A DNA stretch of 53,448 nt, taken from contig CBDTYO010000001.1 of NCBI GenBank assembly GCA_965364615.1, forward strand, positions 1-53,448, given 5' to 3'. A model generated the notes under the pieces. The model had not been told where the DNA came from and did no database searches. It worked only from the letters and a program-made list of their open reading frames with translations. A program made the position numbers and the translations under genes. Source of the DNA: an uncultured Bacteroidia bacterium. GTDB taxonomy: Bacteria; Bacteroidota; Bacteroidia; Bacteroidales; GCA-2748055. This document shows, in pieces, positions 29,517-40,258 of this stretch. The stretch's first letter is position 1; each line of letters begins with the position of its first letter.

Positions 29517-30965
29517 CTATAGTTCCTTTCTCAGCCGGGCCACAGGGAGTCCGAGCTGTTCCCGGTATTTGGCCACTGTACGGCGGGCAATCTGGTAACC
29601 TTTTTCATTGAGGATGGCCGACAGGCGATCGTCCGTCAGGGGTTTGCGTTTTTCTTCTGCATCGATGCAGTCCTGCAGTATCTTTTTGATCTCTCTGGTG
29701 GATACCTCTTCCCCGCTGTCCGTTTGCATTCCTTCTGAAAAGAAATACTTCAGCGGATAGATGCCGAAGTGCGTCTGTATGTATTTGCTGTTCACCACCC
29801 TTGAGATGGTGGAGATATCCAGGCCTGTCATATCGGCAATGTCCTTCAGAATCATGGGACGCATCCGGGTTTCATCCCCCTCATAAAAATAATCTTTCTG
29901 ATAGTCCAGGATGGCATTCATGGTGAGCAGCATGGTATTCTGCCGCTGCCGGATGGCATCGATGAACCACCTGGCCGAATCCAGTTTTTGCTTCACAAAT
30001 GTGATGGCATCTTTCTCATCCTTGCTGGCAGAAGCTTTGTTGGCATTATAGCTTTCAAACATATCGGAGTAGGTCCTGCTTAATCTGAGTTCAGGCACAT
30101 TGTTTGAGTTCAGGTAGAGTTGCAGCTCACCTTCATTCTCTTCCAAAATGAAATCGGGAACAATCTGATGGAAAGATTTTGACTGTGTATCCCCCACGGC
30201 CCCGCCGGGTTTGGGATTCAACTTCAGGATTTCTTCCAGGGCATTTTTCAGTTCCTTTTCGGAAATATTCAGGCGGTTGATGATCTTTTCATAGTGCTTG
30301 TTGGTAAACTCATCGAAATGGTTTTTCAGGATGGATCTTGCCATACGGATCTCCTGATCGTCCTGTTCCTTCCGGTCAATCTGCAATAAGAGGCACTCCT
30401 GAAGGCTTCTGGCTCCCACTCCTGCCGGATCAAACTCCTGGATGATCATCAGCACTTCGTGGAGAGCCTCATAGGTGGTTTCCAGTCCTATGGAAAATGC
30501 CAGGTCATCGGCAATGGCCTCCAGTTCCCTGCGCAAATAACCATCGTCATCAATATTTCCCAGGATATATTCTGCCAGCAACTCCTGCTCTTCGGAAAGT
30601 TTCCTCAGGCCCAGCTGACTCTTCAATTGCTCCCGAAAAGTGTTGCCCAGTGAAAAGGGGATCTCTTCACGTTTCTCATCTGCCGAATAGTTCCGAGCAT
30701 TCAGCCTGTAGCTGGGGATATCGTCATCCTGCATATAATCCTCCAGGGAGAACTCGTCCTGCTGATCGGTGGTCTGTTCTTCCTTGATCTCCTCCTGTTC
30801 GGCATAGGTTTCCTCGTTGCCCTCTTCCAGTACCGGATTCTCTTCCAGCTCCTTTTTTATCCTTTGCTCCAGCTGTATGGCAGGAATTTCCAGCAGCTTG
30901 ATCATCTGGATCTGCTGGGGAGAAAGCTTTTGTAATAGCTTTTGCTGAAGTCTTTGTTTAAGCAT
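29517..30965 (-). CDS. rpoN: RNA polymerase sigma-54 factor
   Basis: 482 aa. N-terminal Gln/Leu-rich region (LQQKLLQKLSPQQIQMIKLLE), an acidic linker, and the C-terminal RpoN box ARRTVAKYREQLG. Confidence 0.93.
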   Translation of the reverse strand: MLKQRLQQKLLQKLSPQQIQMIKLLEIPAIQLEQRIKKELEENPVLEEGNEETYAEQEEIKEEQTTDQQDEFSLEDYMQDDDIPSYRLNARNYSADEKREEIPFSLGNTFREQLKSQLGLRKLSEEQELLAEYILGNIDDDGYLRRELEAIADDLAFSIGLETTYEALHEVLMIIQEFDPAGVGARSLQECLLLQIDRKEQDDQEIRMARSILKNHFDEFTNKHYEKIINRLNISEKELKNALEEILKLNPKPGGAVGDTQSKSFHQIVPDFILEENEGELQLYLNSNNVPELRLSRTYSDMFESYNANKASASKDEKDAITFVKQKLDSARWFIDAIRQRQNTMLLTMNAILDYQKDYFYEGDETRMRPMILKDIADMTGLDISTISRVVNSKYIQTHFGIYPLKYFFSEGMQTDSGEEVSTREIKKILQDCIDAEEKRKPLTDDRLSAILNEKGYQIARRTVAKYREQLGLPVARLRKEL

Positions 30966-30976
30966 TTTTAGTTGGT

Positions 30977-32365
30977 CTAAAACTCCGCACTTCTGGGGGT
31001 ACGTGGAAAGGGTATGACATCCCTGATATTACTCATTCCTGTGATGAACATGATTAATCTTTCAAATCCCAATCCAAAGCCGCTGTGCTCAACAGTGCCA
31101 AATTTACGAGTTTCCAGGTACCACCACAATTCATCTTCAGGAATATTCATCTCCCTCATCCTTTTTTGCAGCTTGAGCAGCTCCTCTTCCCTCTGGGAAC
31201 CCCCTATGATTTCACCAATCATGGGAAACAATACATCCATGGCCCTGACCGTGGTTCCATCCTCGTTTTGCTTCATATAGAAAGCCTTGATCTCTTTGGG
31301 ATAGTCGGTTAGAATCACCGGGCGTTGAAAATGCTCTTCCACCAGGTAGCGTTCATGCTCGGCCTGCAGATCAAGTCCCCAATCCACCGGAAACTCAAAC
31401 TTTTTGCCAGATTTCTTGAGGATGTCCACGGCTTCCGTATAGGATTTTCTTTCAAAGGGATGGTCCAGTACAAACCTCAATCTCTCCAGCAATTCCTTGT
31501 CCACCATCTGGTTCAGAAATTCCAGGTCCTCCGCACAATGCTCCAGGGTATATTGTATCAGGTATTTGAGGAATTCCTCGGCCAGATCCATGTTGTCATG
31601 TATGTCGTAAAAGGCCATTTCAGGTTCTATCATCCAGAATTCAGCCACATGCCGGGGCGTATTGGAATTTTCTGCACGAAAGGTGGGACCAAAGGTATAA
31701 ATGGAGGACAGGGCCAGGGCGCCCAGTTCTCCTTCCAGCTGACCAGATACAGTCAGGTTGGTGGGCCTGGCAAAAAAGTCCTGTGTGAAGTCTATTTCCC
31801 CGGCATCATTTTTCGGGGGATTGTCCAGATCCAGGGTGGTCACCTTGAACATGGCACCGGCACCTTCGGCATCCGAGGCCGTGATGATGGGGGTATGCAG
31901 GTAAAAGAATCCCTTGTCGTTGTAGAACTTATGGATGGCATAAGCCAGGGCGTGCCTGATCCTGAATACAGCCCCAAAGGTATTGGTCCGGAACCGCAGG
32001 TGGGCAATCTCCCTGAGGAATTCAAAAGAATGTCCCTTCTTTTGCAGGGGATATACTTCCGGATCCGAATCTCCCAGTACTTCCAGGCTGTTGGCCTGAA
32101 TTTCCACGCTCTGTCCTTTTCCCATCGATTCCACCAAAAGGCCGCTCACACTGATGCTCGAACCCGTGGTGACTCTTTTCATGGTTTCTTCGGGAAAAGC
32201 ACTGAGATCGACTACTACCTGGATGTTGTGAATGATGGATCCGTCATTGACGGCAATAAAAGCCACCTGGTTGTTGCCCCGCCGGGTCCTGACCCATCCC
32301 TTCAACAGTACTTCTGCATTCTTCTCTGTTGCTGTCAGCAACTCCCTAACCGTCGATCTCTTCAT
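30977..32365 (-). CDS. asnS: asparagine--tRNA ligase
   Basis: I chose the start at [10 protein letters not shown], Met 15 of the track ORF. Class II aaRS motifs [24 protein letters not shown] and GFGLGFERL. Confidence 0.92.
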   Translation of the reverse strand: MKRSTVRELLTATEKNAEVLLKGWVRTRRGNNQVAFIAVNDGSIIHNIQVVVDLSAFPEETMKRVTTGSSISVSGLLVESMGKGQSVEIQANSLEVLGDSDPEVYPLQKKGHSFEFLREIAHLRFRTNTFGAVFRIRHALAYAIHKFYNDKGFFYLHTPIITASDAEGAGAMFKVTTLDLDNPPKNDAGEIDFTQDFFARPTNLTVSGQLEGELGALALSSIYTFGPTFRAENSNTPRHVAEFWMIEPEMAFYDIHDNMDLAEEFLKYLIQYTLEHCAEDLEFLNQMVDKELLERLRFVLDHPFERKSYTEAVDILKKSGKKFEFPVDWGLDLQAEHERYLVEEHFQRPVILTDYPKEIKAFYMKQNEDGTTVRAMDVLFPMIGEIIGGSQREEELLKLQKRMREMNIPEDELWWYLETRKFGTVEHSGFGLGFERLIMFITGMSNIRDVIPFPRTPRSAEF

Positions 32366-32476
32366 TTTATTTGATTTTGACAAGCTACAAAAATACAATA
32401 TTATCAAATTCCCGGCGTTAACTTCATAATCTAGAAAGAATCAACTAATTTTACCTGCATACAAAAAAAACCTACC

Positions 32477-33325
32477 ATGGAGCAAGAGAAGAAATCCATT
32501 ATGGTTACCTGGGATTTTTCTGCTGTATCCTATCATGCCCTGAGGCATGCCATTAAACTGGCCCACATTCTGAAAAACAACATTGTATTGTTTCATATTG
32601 TGAACGAACCCGCCGATGAAGAGCCTGCCCGAAAAAAGATGGATGGAATAGTGGAGGAGATCAAGAAAGACTATGGAGAGGACGTGGGGTATTATGTTCA
32701 CCATGGAAAGATATTCAAGGAGATCGCAGAATATGCCTCCAAGGAGGAGTACAATGTGAATTTTGTGATCATGGGAACCCATGGAATGAAGGGGAGCCAG
32801 AAACTCTTTGGCAGCTGGGCCCTGAGGGTCGTGGCCGGTTCGACGGTTCCCTTTATTGTGGTGCAGGATCCGCCTGCAGACAAAGACCGGTATACAGACA
32901 TTGTGTTTCCCATTGATTTCAAATCTGAAAACAAGGAGAAACTGCAATGGGCCATCTTCCTGGGCAAATACCTGAACTCCAAAATCCACCTTTTCAAAGC
33001 TCCGGTAGCGGACAAGAACCTTCAGAAAAAAGTAAATATCAACCTGAATTTTGCCATCCGCTTCCTGATCCAGAATAACATTGAGTATGAAATCCATACC
33101 TCCTCCAAATCAGGATCAGGTAAATACCACAAGGAACTGCTGGCCTTCTCGAAGAAGATCCATGCCGACCTGATTATGATCACCACCACCAAGCACATCA
33201 CCAAGGTGGATTATATATTTGGTGCCAAGGAACAATACCTGCTATCAAATAGTGAAAAAATTCCGGTGATGTGCGTGAATCCCAAATCCAACTTTGCCAA
33301 GGTGGGCCAGTTCATGTATGGCTAA
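32477..33325 (+). CDS. universal stress protein, tandem UspA domains
   Basis: 282 aa in two Usp-like halves, each ending in a G-x-HG/..ITTT-type nucleotide-binding region (VIMGTHGMKG and LIMITTTKH...PVMCV). Confidence 0.7.
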   Translation: MEQEKKSIMVTWDFSAVSYHALRHAIKLAHILKNNIVLFHIVNEPADEEPARKKMDGIVEEIKKDYGEDVGYYVHHGKIFKEIAEYASKEEYNVNFVIMGTHGMKGSQKLFGSWALRVVAGSTVPFIVVQDPPADKDRYTDIVFPIDFKSENKEKLQWAIFLGKYLNSKIHLFKAPVADKNLQKKVNINLNFAIRFLIQNNIEYEIHTSSKSGSGKYHKELLAFSKKIHADLIMITTTKHITKVDYIFGAKEQYLLSNSEKIPVMCVNPKSNFAKVGQFMYG

Positions 33326-33344
33326 CCAACCTATTCACCTTCCC

Positions 33345-34262
33345 ATGTCCATTGAGGTCAACGGCATCACAAAGCGTTATGGCAGCCAGCTGGCGGTGAA
33401 TCATGTAAGCTTCAGCGTACAGACTGGAGAGGTGGTTGGTTTTATCGGTCCCAACGGTGCCGGCAAATCCACCACCATGAAGATCATCACCGGTACCCTG
33501 CCTCCCGACTCGGGATCGGTCACCATCAACGAACTTCCTGCCCTGGAGAATCTCAGGGAGATACGCAGGCTGATCGGTTACCTTCCGGAACACAATCCGC
33601 TTTATCTTGAAATGTATGTCCGGGAATATCTTCAGTACGTGGCGGGCTTGTATCTGATCCATGGGAAGAAAGCCCGTGATAGGATTGCCCGGGTCATTGA
33701 AATGACGGGGCTGACTCCCGAAATGCACAAGAAGATCGGAAGCTTGTCCAAGGGATTTCGGCAGCGGGTCGGGCTGGCACAGGCTTTGATTCATGATCCG
33801 GAAATATTGATCCTGGATGAACCCACTTCCGGACTGGATCCCAATCAGCTGGCAGACATACGAAACCTGATCGCCGGCATTGGAAAGCAGAAAACAGTGC
33901 TGTTGTCCACCCACATTCTGCAGGAGGTAGAAGCCATTTGTGACAGGGTCATGATCATCAACAAGGGAGAGATTGTAGCCAACGAACTGGCCGAAACCCT
34001 CATGGAGAAGGAAGACCAGCGAACCCAGACGATCCTTGTGGAGCTGGAAAATGCTGTGGACCCGAAGATCTGGGGAAAACTCCTGTTTATCAATCATGTA
34101 AAACCAATAGGTGAAAAACAGTTTCTATTGGCTACACACGAAATGCGCGATGTACGTGCCGATATTTTCAACTTTGCTGTCAATCAAAGACTTACCATTC
34201 TTTCTCTCTCGCTGAAGAAAAAAAGCCTCGAAGAGGTATTCCGGGAAATAACCAGCCATTAA
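33345..34262 (+). CDS. gldA: gliding motility-associated ABC transporter ATP-binding subunit GldA
   Basis: I chose the start at MSIEVNGITKRYG. Walker A GPNGAGKST, signature LSKGFRQRVGLAQAL, Walker B LILDEPTSGLD. The length (305 aa) and sequence are GldA-like. Confidence 0.75.
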   Translation: MSIEVNGITKRYGSQLAVNHVSFSVQTGEVVGFIGPNGAGKSTTMKIITGTLPPDSGSVTINELPALENLREIRRLIGYLPEHNPLYLEMYVREYLQYVAGLYLIHGKKARDRIARVIEMTGLTPEMHKKIGSLSKGFRQRVGLAQALIHDPEILILDEPTSGLDPNQLADIRNLIAGIGKQKTVLLSTHILQEVEAICDRVMIINKGEIVANELAETLMEKEDQRTQTILVELENAVDPKIWGKLLFINHVKPIGEKQFLLATHEMRDVRADIFNFAVNQRLTILSLSLKKKSLEEVFREITSH

Positions 34263-34366
34263 TGATCTGATAATTATTCAGATACAGCGTAAACAAAATG
34301 GCATTGTATTTGTTAACAATTATTATATATTTGCTGATTCTTATTTGTTAACCAATTGAATAACCT

Positions 34367-35341
34367 ATGAAGTTACGGGCATTTGTAATGATTGGGGGGA
34401 TGATGCTGGCAGCTTCACTCACTGCCCAGACCCTCACAGACGTGATCAATGAATTCAATACGGGTGTTGAAAAGCTCAACAACCAGGAGTATGAAATTTC
34501 CCTTGAACATTTTAACCAGGTACTCAGCCTTGCCGAAACGGTAGGTGACGAAGCCAACGACATGAAGGCAAGTGCTCAGAAGCAGATCCCTTCGGTATAT
34601 TACAGGCAGGCTACTGTTTTTATGAAAAGAAAACAGTATGACAATGCCATACCCTACCTGGAGAAGACGGTTGAATTTGCCACCTTGTACAGCAACAACG
34701 AGGAGATCAGTAAAAAGGCAGCCGGCTATTTGCCCCAGCTCTATGTGCTGGAAGGCAACCGATCCTGGAAGAACGATTCCCACGATGAAGCCATAGCCTA
34801 TTTTGATAAGGCATTGGCCCTGAACGAGAACCTCTACCAGGCACATCAGGGAAAAGGCATGGTGTATCTGGAGGATGATGCAACCGACCTGATGCTGGAA
34901 GCCTTTGCCAGGGCCAAGGAAGGTGCTATGGCCAAGGGCGATGACAAAACCATTGCGAGCATCAATGAGGCCATCGATACCTATTACAACAAATTCATTG
35001 TGGAAGAAATGGCCATGGTCGATCCCGAAGAGAATGACTATACCTATGTGGTCGAGGCCTGTGAAAATGCCCTGGCTGCCAATCCTTCCAATCCCAGGGC
35101 GCTTTACCACCTGGCCATTGTGGCCAACAAGTCCGTGGAATACGACAAAGCCATTGAATATGCTGAAAAAGCCCTGGCCCATGAAACCGAGCCGGTATGG
35201 ATTTCTGCCATCAATTTTGAATTGGGTTCCGCATTCCAGAATACGGCCGATTACACCAAGGCATGTGAGGTGCTGAAGAAAGTCACAGAAGAACCTTTCC
35301 TCACCCGGGCCGAACAAAAAATGGGAAGTATTTGTAACTAG
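34367..35341 (+). CDS. tetratricopeptide-repeat protein (secreted)
   Basis: 324 aa with a signal peptide ...SLTAQ. TPR-like helical repeats recur (YDNAIPYLEK, HDEAIAYFDKALALNENLYQA, YDKAIEYAEKALA). Confidence 0.7.
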   Translation: MKLRAFVMIGGMMLAASLTAQTLTDVINEFNTGVEKLNNQEYEISLEHFNQVLSLAETVGDEANDMKASAQKQIPSVYYRQATVFMKRKQYDNAIPYLEKTVEFATLYSNNEEISKKAAGYLPQLYVLEGNRSWKNDSHDEAIAYFDKALALNENLYQAHQGKGMVYLEDDATDLMLEAFARAKEGAMAKGDDKTIASINEAIDTYYNKFIVEEMAMVDPEENDYTYVVEACENALAANPSNPRALYHLAIVANKSVEYDKAIEYAEKALAHETEPVWISAINFELGSAFQNTADYTKACEVLKKVTEEPFLTRAEQKMGSICN

Positions 35342-35367
35342 GCCATTCCGTCCAGGATAATGCACTG

Positions 35368-35398
35368 AAAGCAGCGTATTTTACGCTGCTTTTTTTTT
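35368..35398 (+). terminator. rho-independent terminator after the TPR gene
   Basis: aaagcagcgta-ttt-tacgctgct stem-loop followed by a 9-T run. Confidence 0.8.
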
Positions 35399-35549
35399 GT
35401 CCCCTGAGCGAAAATTGCTTCCTTTGTCGCGTCGATGTGGAAAGATTTGACTGATTGCAACCACGGAAAAAAAATGCTAAACCAGACTTTCCCCCTGCCT
35501 TCAGTCTTTCCCCACAAGAACAAACCATCACGCTTAAAATTATTTCATT
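35399..35549 (+). promoter_or_regulatory. metK 5' leader, possible SAM-responsive element (unassigned)
   Basis: About 150 nt lie between the terminator and the metK ATG. The leader contains a GUGG...CCAC helix, UUGCAACC, an A8 tract and AUGCUAAACC, which loosely recall conserved SAM-riboswitch segments (GCAACC, GCUAAA). I could not fold it into a known class by eye. Confidence 0.25.
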
Positions 35550-36809
35550 ATGGCATATCTGTTTACCTCTGAGTCTGTATCCGAAGGACATCCCGATAAA
35601 GTGTCTGATCAGATTTCAGATGCACTGCTCGACGAATTCCTGGCCTTTGACCCACAATCCAAAGTGGCCTGCGAAACCCTTGTTACCACAGGACAGGTGG
35701 TGCTCGCCGGTGAAGTGCATACCTCCACCTACATTGATGTGCAAAAGGTGGCCCGGGAAACCATCAAACGCATCGGCTATACACAAAGCGACTACCAATT
35801 TGAATACAACTCCTGCGGGGTCATGACCATCATTCACGAACAGAGTCCGGATATTAATCGCGGGGTTGACCGGGAAGATCCCATGGAGCAGGGTGCAGGT
35901 GACCAGGGCATGATGTTCGGATATGCCACCACCGAAACGGACGATTACATGCCCCTTCCGCTAGAGTTGAGCCACCGCTTGCTCATTGAACTGGCCCGTA
36001 TTCGCCGTGAAGAGAAGGTGATGACCTACCTGAGGCCCGATTCCAAATCCCAGGTAACCATCGAGTATGACGATAACGATGTTCCCTTGCGGGTACATAC
36101 CATTGTCATCTCCACCCAACATGACGAATTTGACAGCAATGACAAACGCATGCTTGAACAGATCCGAAAGGATGTCAGAGAGATCCTGATTCCCCGGGTC
36201 GTTGAGCAATTGCCCCAGCGTCTTCAAAACCTTTTTGATGATCACTTCATCCTGCATGTGAATCCCACCGGCAAATTCGTCATTGGAGGTCCCCATGGGG
36301 ATACGGGGCTCACGGGACGTAAGATCATTGTGGATACCTACGGAGGGAAAGGGGCCCACGGAGGTGGAGCCTTCTCAGGAAAGGATCCGTCAAAGGTGGA
36401 CCGTTCTGCGGCTTATGCAGCCCGTCACATTGCTAAAAACCTGGTGGCAGCCGGCATCGCTGATGAGATCCTGGTGCAGCTCTCCTATGCCATCGGGGTG
36501 GTCCAGCCCATAGGTGTTTTTGTCAACACCTACGGAAAGTCGAATGTGGAACTGAGCGATGGGCAAATAGCCAGGAAAATAGAAGAAAACTATGACCTGA
36601 GACCAGCAGCCATTGAAAAGCAATTGAAACTCAGGAATCCCATTTACCTGGAGACCGCTTCCTATGGACACATGGGCCGTACTCCCCAAACCGTTACAAA
36701 GACTTTTGAATCTCAGTACTGGGATTCCCTAAGCATTGAGGTGGAGCTTTTTACCTGGGAAAAGCTGGATTATGTGGACACCTTTAAGCAGGCGTTCGGC
36801 ATTTCTTAA
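35550..36809 (+). CDS. metK: methionine adenosyltransferase
   Basis: 419 aa. Motifs [33 protein letters not shown] and [19 protein letters not shown]. Confidence 0.95.
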   Translation: MAYLFTSESVSEGHPDKVSDQISDALLDEFLAFDPQSKVACETLVTTGQVVLAGEVHTSTYIDVQKVARETIKRIGYTQSDYQFEYNSCGVMTIIHEQSPDINRGVDREDPMEQGAGDQGMMFGYATTETDDYMPLPLELSHRLLIELARIRREEKVMTYLRPDSKSQVTIEYDDNDVPLRVHTIVISTQHDEFDSNDKRMLEQIRKDVREILIPRVVEQLPQRLQNLFDDHFILHVNPTGKFVIGGPHGDTGLTGRKIIVDTYGGKGAHGGGAFSGKDPSKVDRSAAYAARHIAKNLVAAGIADEILVQLSYAIGVVQPIGVFVNTYGKSNVELSDGQIARKIEENYDLRPAAIEKQLKLRNPIYLETASYGHMGRTPQTVTKTFESQYWDSLSIEVELFTWEKLDYVDTFKQAFGIS

Positions 36810-36838
36810 ACATGTGAGAAGACCTGGTTCAGAAAGCA

Positions 36839-36868
36839 GAAAGTCAAAAGACTTTCCTACTTTTATCT
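36839..36868 (+). terminator. probable terminator after metK
   Basis: gaaagtc-aaaa-gactttc forms a perfect 7-bp hairpin followed by a T-rich stretch, ctacttttat. Confidence 0.5.
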
Positions 36869-36904
36869 GGATGGATTTTACACAAAAAATGACTTTCTAT
36901 TGTT

Positions 36905-37504
36905 ATGTTTTCGGGGATTGTTGAAGAGGCGGCCACGGTGGTCAAGCTGGAGCGGGAAAAGGAGAACCTGCATATCACCATGCGATGTTCGTTTACGGAT
37001 GAATTGAAGATTGACCAGAGCATTTCGCACAATGGAGTATGCCTGACCGTGGTAAGTATTTCGGAGGACACTTATGTGGTAACGGCCATTCAGGAGACCC
37101 TCCAGAAATCGAACCTTGGATTGCTCAAGGTGGGTGATAAAGTAAACCTGGAGCGCAGCACACGTCTCGATTCGCGTTTGGACGGACATATGGTGCAGGG
37201 GCATGTAGACCTGACAGCCACCTGCACAGAAGTGAATGAAGCGGAGGGGAGCTGGTATTATACCTTTGCATATGAACCCATGGGTGAGGAGCACATGACC
37301 GTAGAAAAAGGATCTGTTTCGGTCAATGGGGTAAGCCTAACCGTGGTCAACTCGAAGGACCGTTCCTTCCAGGTGGCCATCATTCCCTTCACCCACGAAG
37401 TCACTAATTTTCACCAGATCAAGGTGGGATCGGTGGTCAATATCGAATTTGATATCATCGGAAAATACATCGCAAAAATCCTCAAGGCACAGCTAAAGAA
37501 CTGA
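36905..37504 (+). CDS. ribE: riboflavin synthase
   Basis: 199 aa. N-terminus MFSGIVEE, motif SISHNGVCLTV repeated in the second half as SVSVNGVSLTV, giving the two-lumazine-binding-domain architecture. Confidence 0.9.
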   Translation: MFSGIVEEAATVVKLEREKENLHITMRCSFTDELKIDQSISHNGVCLTVVSISEDTYVVTAIQETLQKSNLGLLKVGDKVNLERSTRLDSRLDGHMVQGHVDLTATCTEVNEAEGSWYYTFAYEPMGEEHMTVEKGSVSVNGVSLTVVNSKDRSFQVAIIPFTHEVTNFHQIKVGSVVNIEFDIIGKYIAKILKAQLKN

Positions 37505-37507
37505 CAG

Positions 37508-38881
37508 ATGCGGACGATTCTCATCCTGGGCGCAGGACTCTCTTCCAACTCCCTGATCAAATACTTCCTGGATCATTCTAAGAAGCAGCAATGGAGAATC
37601 AGGGTGGGTGATATCCGCCCGGAGAAGGCCAGGGAAATGATCAATGGCCATCCCCATGGAGAGGGTTTTATGTTTGATGTACACCATGTGAAACAGCGAC
37701 ACAAAGAGATAGAAGGCTCAGATATTGTCGTCAGCCTGCTTCCGGCAAGAATGCATCACCTGGTCGCTGAAACTTGTGTCGAACTGGGCCGGAACATGGT
37801 GACAGCCTCCTACCTGTCCCCAGCCATCAGGGCCATGGACCAGAATGCCAGGAAAAAGGGGATTGTCCTGATGAACGAATGCGGGGTAGACCCGGGAATC
37901 GACCATATGTCGGCCATGCAGATGATTGACAGGATCAGGCAGGAGGGGGCTGCATTGAAGGCCTTTGAGTCCAGTACCGGGGGACTGGTGGCACCGGGTT
38001 TTGAGAATAATCCCTGGCAATACAAGTTTACCTGGAATCCGAGGAATGTGGTGCTGGCCGGAAGGGAGGGTGCCCGGTTCCTGCACAACGGCAAATTTAA
38101 ATACATTCCCTACCACAAGGTATTCAGCCGGCATGAAACCATCAGGGTTCCGGACCTGGGTGAGTTTGAAGTATATGGTAACCGCGACTCGCTCACCTAC
38201 AGGGAGACCTACGGGCTCCACGACCTGGAAACCATGTTCAGGGGAACCATCCGAAGGCCCGGTTTCTGCGGGGCCTGGGATATTTTTGTCCAGCTGGGTG
38301 CCACCGACGACAGCTATGTAATGGAGAATACCGAGGAGATGAGCTACCGGGAATTTATCAATAGCTTCATGGCCTTCCGGACCGATATACCGGTGGAGGA
38401 GAAACTGGCGCTCTACCTTGGATTCGAAAAGAATTCGGAAATGATGGAAAGGCTGCGTTGGCTGGGCATCTTCGATCAGACCAAAATCGGGGTACCCGGA
38501 CTAAGTCCGGCCAAGGTGCTGCAGAAGATCCTGGAAGAGAAATGGGCGCTCAGTCCGGGCGACAAAGATATGATCGTGATGCAGCATCAGTTCGATTATA
38601 TGAAAGATGGGGAACACTGGAAGAGGTATTCCACCATGGTCTATGTTGGCCAGGATACCAAACATACAGCCATGTCTGTCACCGTCGGACTTCCACTGGC
38701 CATGGTGGCCCGGAGGATCCTGGAAGGGTCATACAAGGAATGTGGAGTTCAGCTGCCCATTCTTCCGCAGATTTATCAACCCGTGTTGAAAGAACTGGAA
38801 GACCATGGGATTCGCTTTGTGCACGAAGAGATCAGAATTTCTCAAAAGAACCCAGCCCAAACAGGGCAAAATCATACCTGA
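37508..38881 (+). CDS. saccharopine dehydrogenase family protein
   Basis: 457 aa. N-terminal Rossmann motif ILILGAGLSSNSLIKY and motif NECGVDPGIDHM, typical of saccharopine dehydrogenase/reductase. Confidence 0.8.
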   Translation: MRTILILGAGLSSNSLIKYFLDHSKKQQWRIRVGDIRPEKAREMINGHPHGEGFMFDVHHVKQRHKEIEGSDIVVSLLPARMHHLVAETCVELGRNMVTASYLSPAIRAMDQNARKKGIVLMNECGVDPGIDHMSAMQMIDRIRQEGAALKAFESSTGGLVAPGFENNPWQYKFTWNPRNVVLAGREGARFLHNGKFKYIPYHKVFSRHETIRVPDLGEFEVYGNRDSLTYRETYGLHDLETMFRGTIRRPGFCGAWDIFVQLGATDDSYVMENTEEMSYREFINSFMAFRTDIPVEEKLALYLGFEKNSEMMERLRWLGIFDQTKIGVPGLSPAKVLQKILEEKWALSPGDKDMIVMQHQFDYMKDGEHWKRYSTMVYVGQDTKHTAMSVTVGLPLAMVARRILEGSYKECGVQLPILPQIYQPVLKELEDHGIRFVHEEIRISQKNPAQTGQNHT

Positions 38882-39620
38882 CAGGATCCGCAGGATCAAA
38901 TTCCCTCAAACGTCCGGTCAGTTCGATGACAGCCTTCCAGTCGTTTTGCTTCCGCTCGAGCAGACCCAGTTTCCGGGCCACGGCAGCTGTGTGGACATCC
39001 AGGGGCATGAAAAGGGCATGCATGGGGATCCCTTCCCAGAGGCCAAAATCCACCCCTTTGTGATCCCGGCGCACCATCCACCTCAAGAACATATTGAGCC
39101 GTTTTCCGCTGGCCCCCTTACCCACATCGGCCAGGTGTTTGGAAGTGCGTCCCGGGGAAGCAAACTGAAAAAACACCTCCCTGAAATGTACCAGGGATCT
39201 GAACATATCGCCATGTTGGGCATATTGTGATTCCATCAGCTTCTTCAAACCTCCGTGGTGGCGGTAAATGTTCGCCAGTGCCCGGAGAAAATAAATGCAA
39301 TCGATGCCGTTAAATGTGCGGTGTATAAAAGGGAGAAATCTGTTCAGTTCTTTCTCCGAGGCATTCAGGACAAACTCATGGGGCCCGCCCGCCATCTGCG
39401 ATACCAGATCACTGGCATTTTTTATGATGGTGGCTTTTTGGCCCCCGGCTATGGTAGCTGTCAGGAAGGCCGCGATTTCAATATCCTCCGGGTGCGTAAA
39501 CTGGTGGGGTACCTGAATGGGATCGGTCCCGATAAAGCCAGGGGTGTTGTAAAATTGGGCTTTCTCGTCAAGGAAAGATTTAAGTTCTGAATATCCGATG
39601 TCAGGTCTGGACCTTGCCAT
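38832..39620 (-). CDS. TIGR02757/DUF2400-family protein
   Basis: 262 aa. The motifs [10 protein letters not shown]...[32 protein letters not shown] and [13 protein letters not shown] match my recollection of this uncharacterised family. Confidence 0.6.
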   Translation of the reverse strand: MARSRPDIGYSELKSFLDEKAQFYNTPGFIGTDPIQVPHQFTHPEDIEIAAFLTATIAGGQKATIIKNASDLVSQMAGGPHEFVLNASEKELNRFLPFIHRTFNGIDCIYFLRALANIYRHHGGLKKLMESQYAQHGDMFRSLVHFREVFFQFASPGRTSKHLADVGKGASGKRLNMFLRWMVRRDHKGVDFGLWEGIPMHALFMPLDVHTAAVARKLGLLERKQNDWKAVIELTGRLREFDPADPVRYDFALFGLGSFEKF

Positions 39621-40254
39621 CTTTCATGGTAATGATTCTGTCGGCCATCCCGGCCAGACCATGGTCGTGGGTCACAATCACCAGGGTCTTCTGAAACTGC
39701 TCCCTTAGTGTCATGAAAAGCTTGTGTAGTTCCTGCTTATTTTCCGAATCAAGGTTCCCCGAGGGTTCATCGGCCAGTATGACCTCCGGATCGTTGATGA
39801 GCGACCGGGCCACAGCCACCCGTTGTTGCTCGCCGCCTGAAAGTTCGGACGGTTTGTGGTCCATTCGGTCCTGCAATCCCAAAAAATCTAGCAATTCCCT
39901 GGCCCGGGTCTCCACCTCTTTGCGGGGCCTGTTGGCAATAAATCCGGGAATACACACATTTTCATGGGCGTTAAATTCGGGCAAGAGCTGGTGAAACTGG
40001 AACACAAAGCCTATGTGCGTGTTCCTGAAACTGGCCAATTTGCTTCCCGCCAGCTGGTCGGTCCGGATGCCATTGATCTCAATGGATCCGCCATCCTGCC
40101 TGCTCAGGGTACCCAGGATTTGCAGCAGCGTGGTCTTGCCGGCTCCGGAAGCGCCCACTATAGACACCACCTCTCCGGCATCAATATTAAGACTGATCCC
40201 TTTTAATACCTGCAGGTTCCCGAAGGATTTGGTGATGTTCGAGGCACTGATCAT
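39601..40254 (-). CDS. LolD/MacB-type ABC transporter ATP-binding protein
   Basis: 217 aa. Walker [10 protein letters not shown], signature [15 protein letters not shown], Walker [12 protein letters not shown]. Confidence 0.85.
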   Translation of the reverse strand: MISASNITKSFGNLQVLKGISLNIDAGEVVSIVGASGAGKTTLLQILGTLSRQDGGSIEINGIRTDQLAGSKLASFRNTHIGFVFQFHQLLPEFNAHENVCIPGFIANRPRKEVETRARELLDFLGLQDRMDHKPSELSGGEQQRVAVARSLINDPEVILADEPSGNLDSENKQELHKLFMTLREQFQKTLVIVTHDHGLAGMADRIITMKDGKVQT

Positions 40255-40258
40255 GCTT

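Noticed and set aside
31325-32374. A 349-aa ORF on the plus strand
   Set aside because: It lies entirely antisense to asnS, whose translation carries unmistakable AsnRS motifs. Its own translation is low-complexity (Gly/Pro/Gln/Phe-rich) with no recognisable domain, so it is a typical shadow ORF.
33312-34097. A 261-aa ORF on the minus strand
   Set aside because: It is antisense to gldA, which has Walker A, signature and Walker B motifs. It is a shadow ORF.
34415-35365. A 316-aa ORF on the minus strand
   Set aside because: It is antisense to the TPR protein gene, which has a signal peptide, TPR periodicity and its own terminator, and it has no recognisable motifs.
36810-36904. A possible FMN riboswitch upstream of ribE
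   Set aside because: The gap is only 95 nt, mostly taken up by the metK terminator hairpin. That is too short for an FMN element, and none of its conserved segments are visible.
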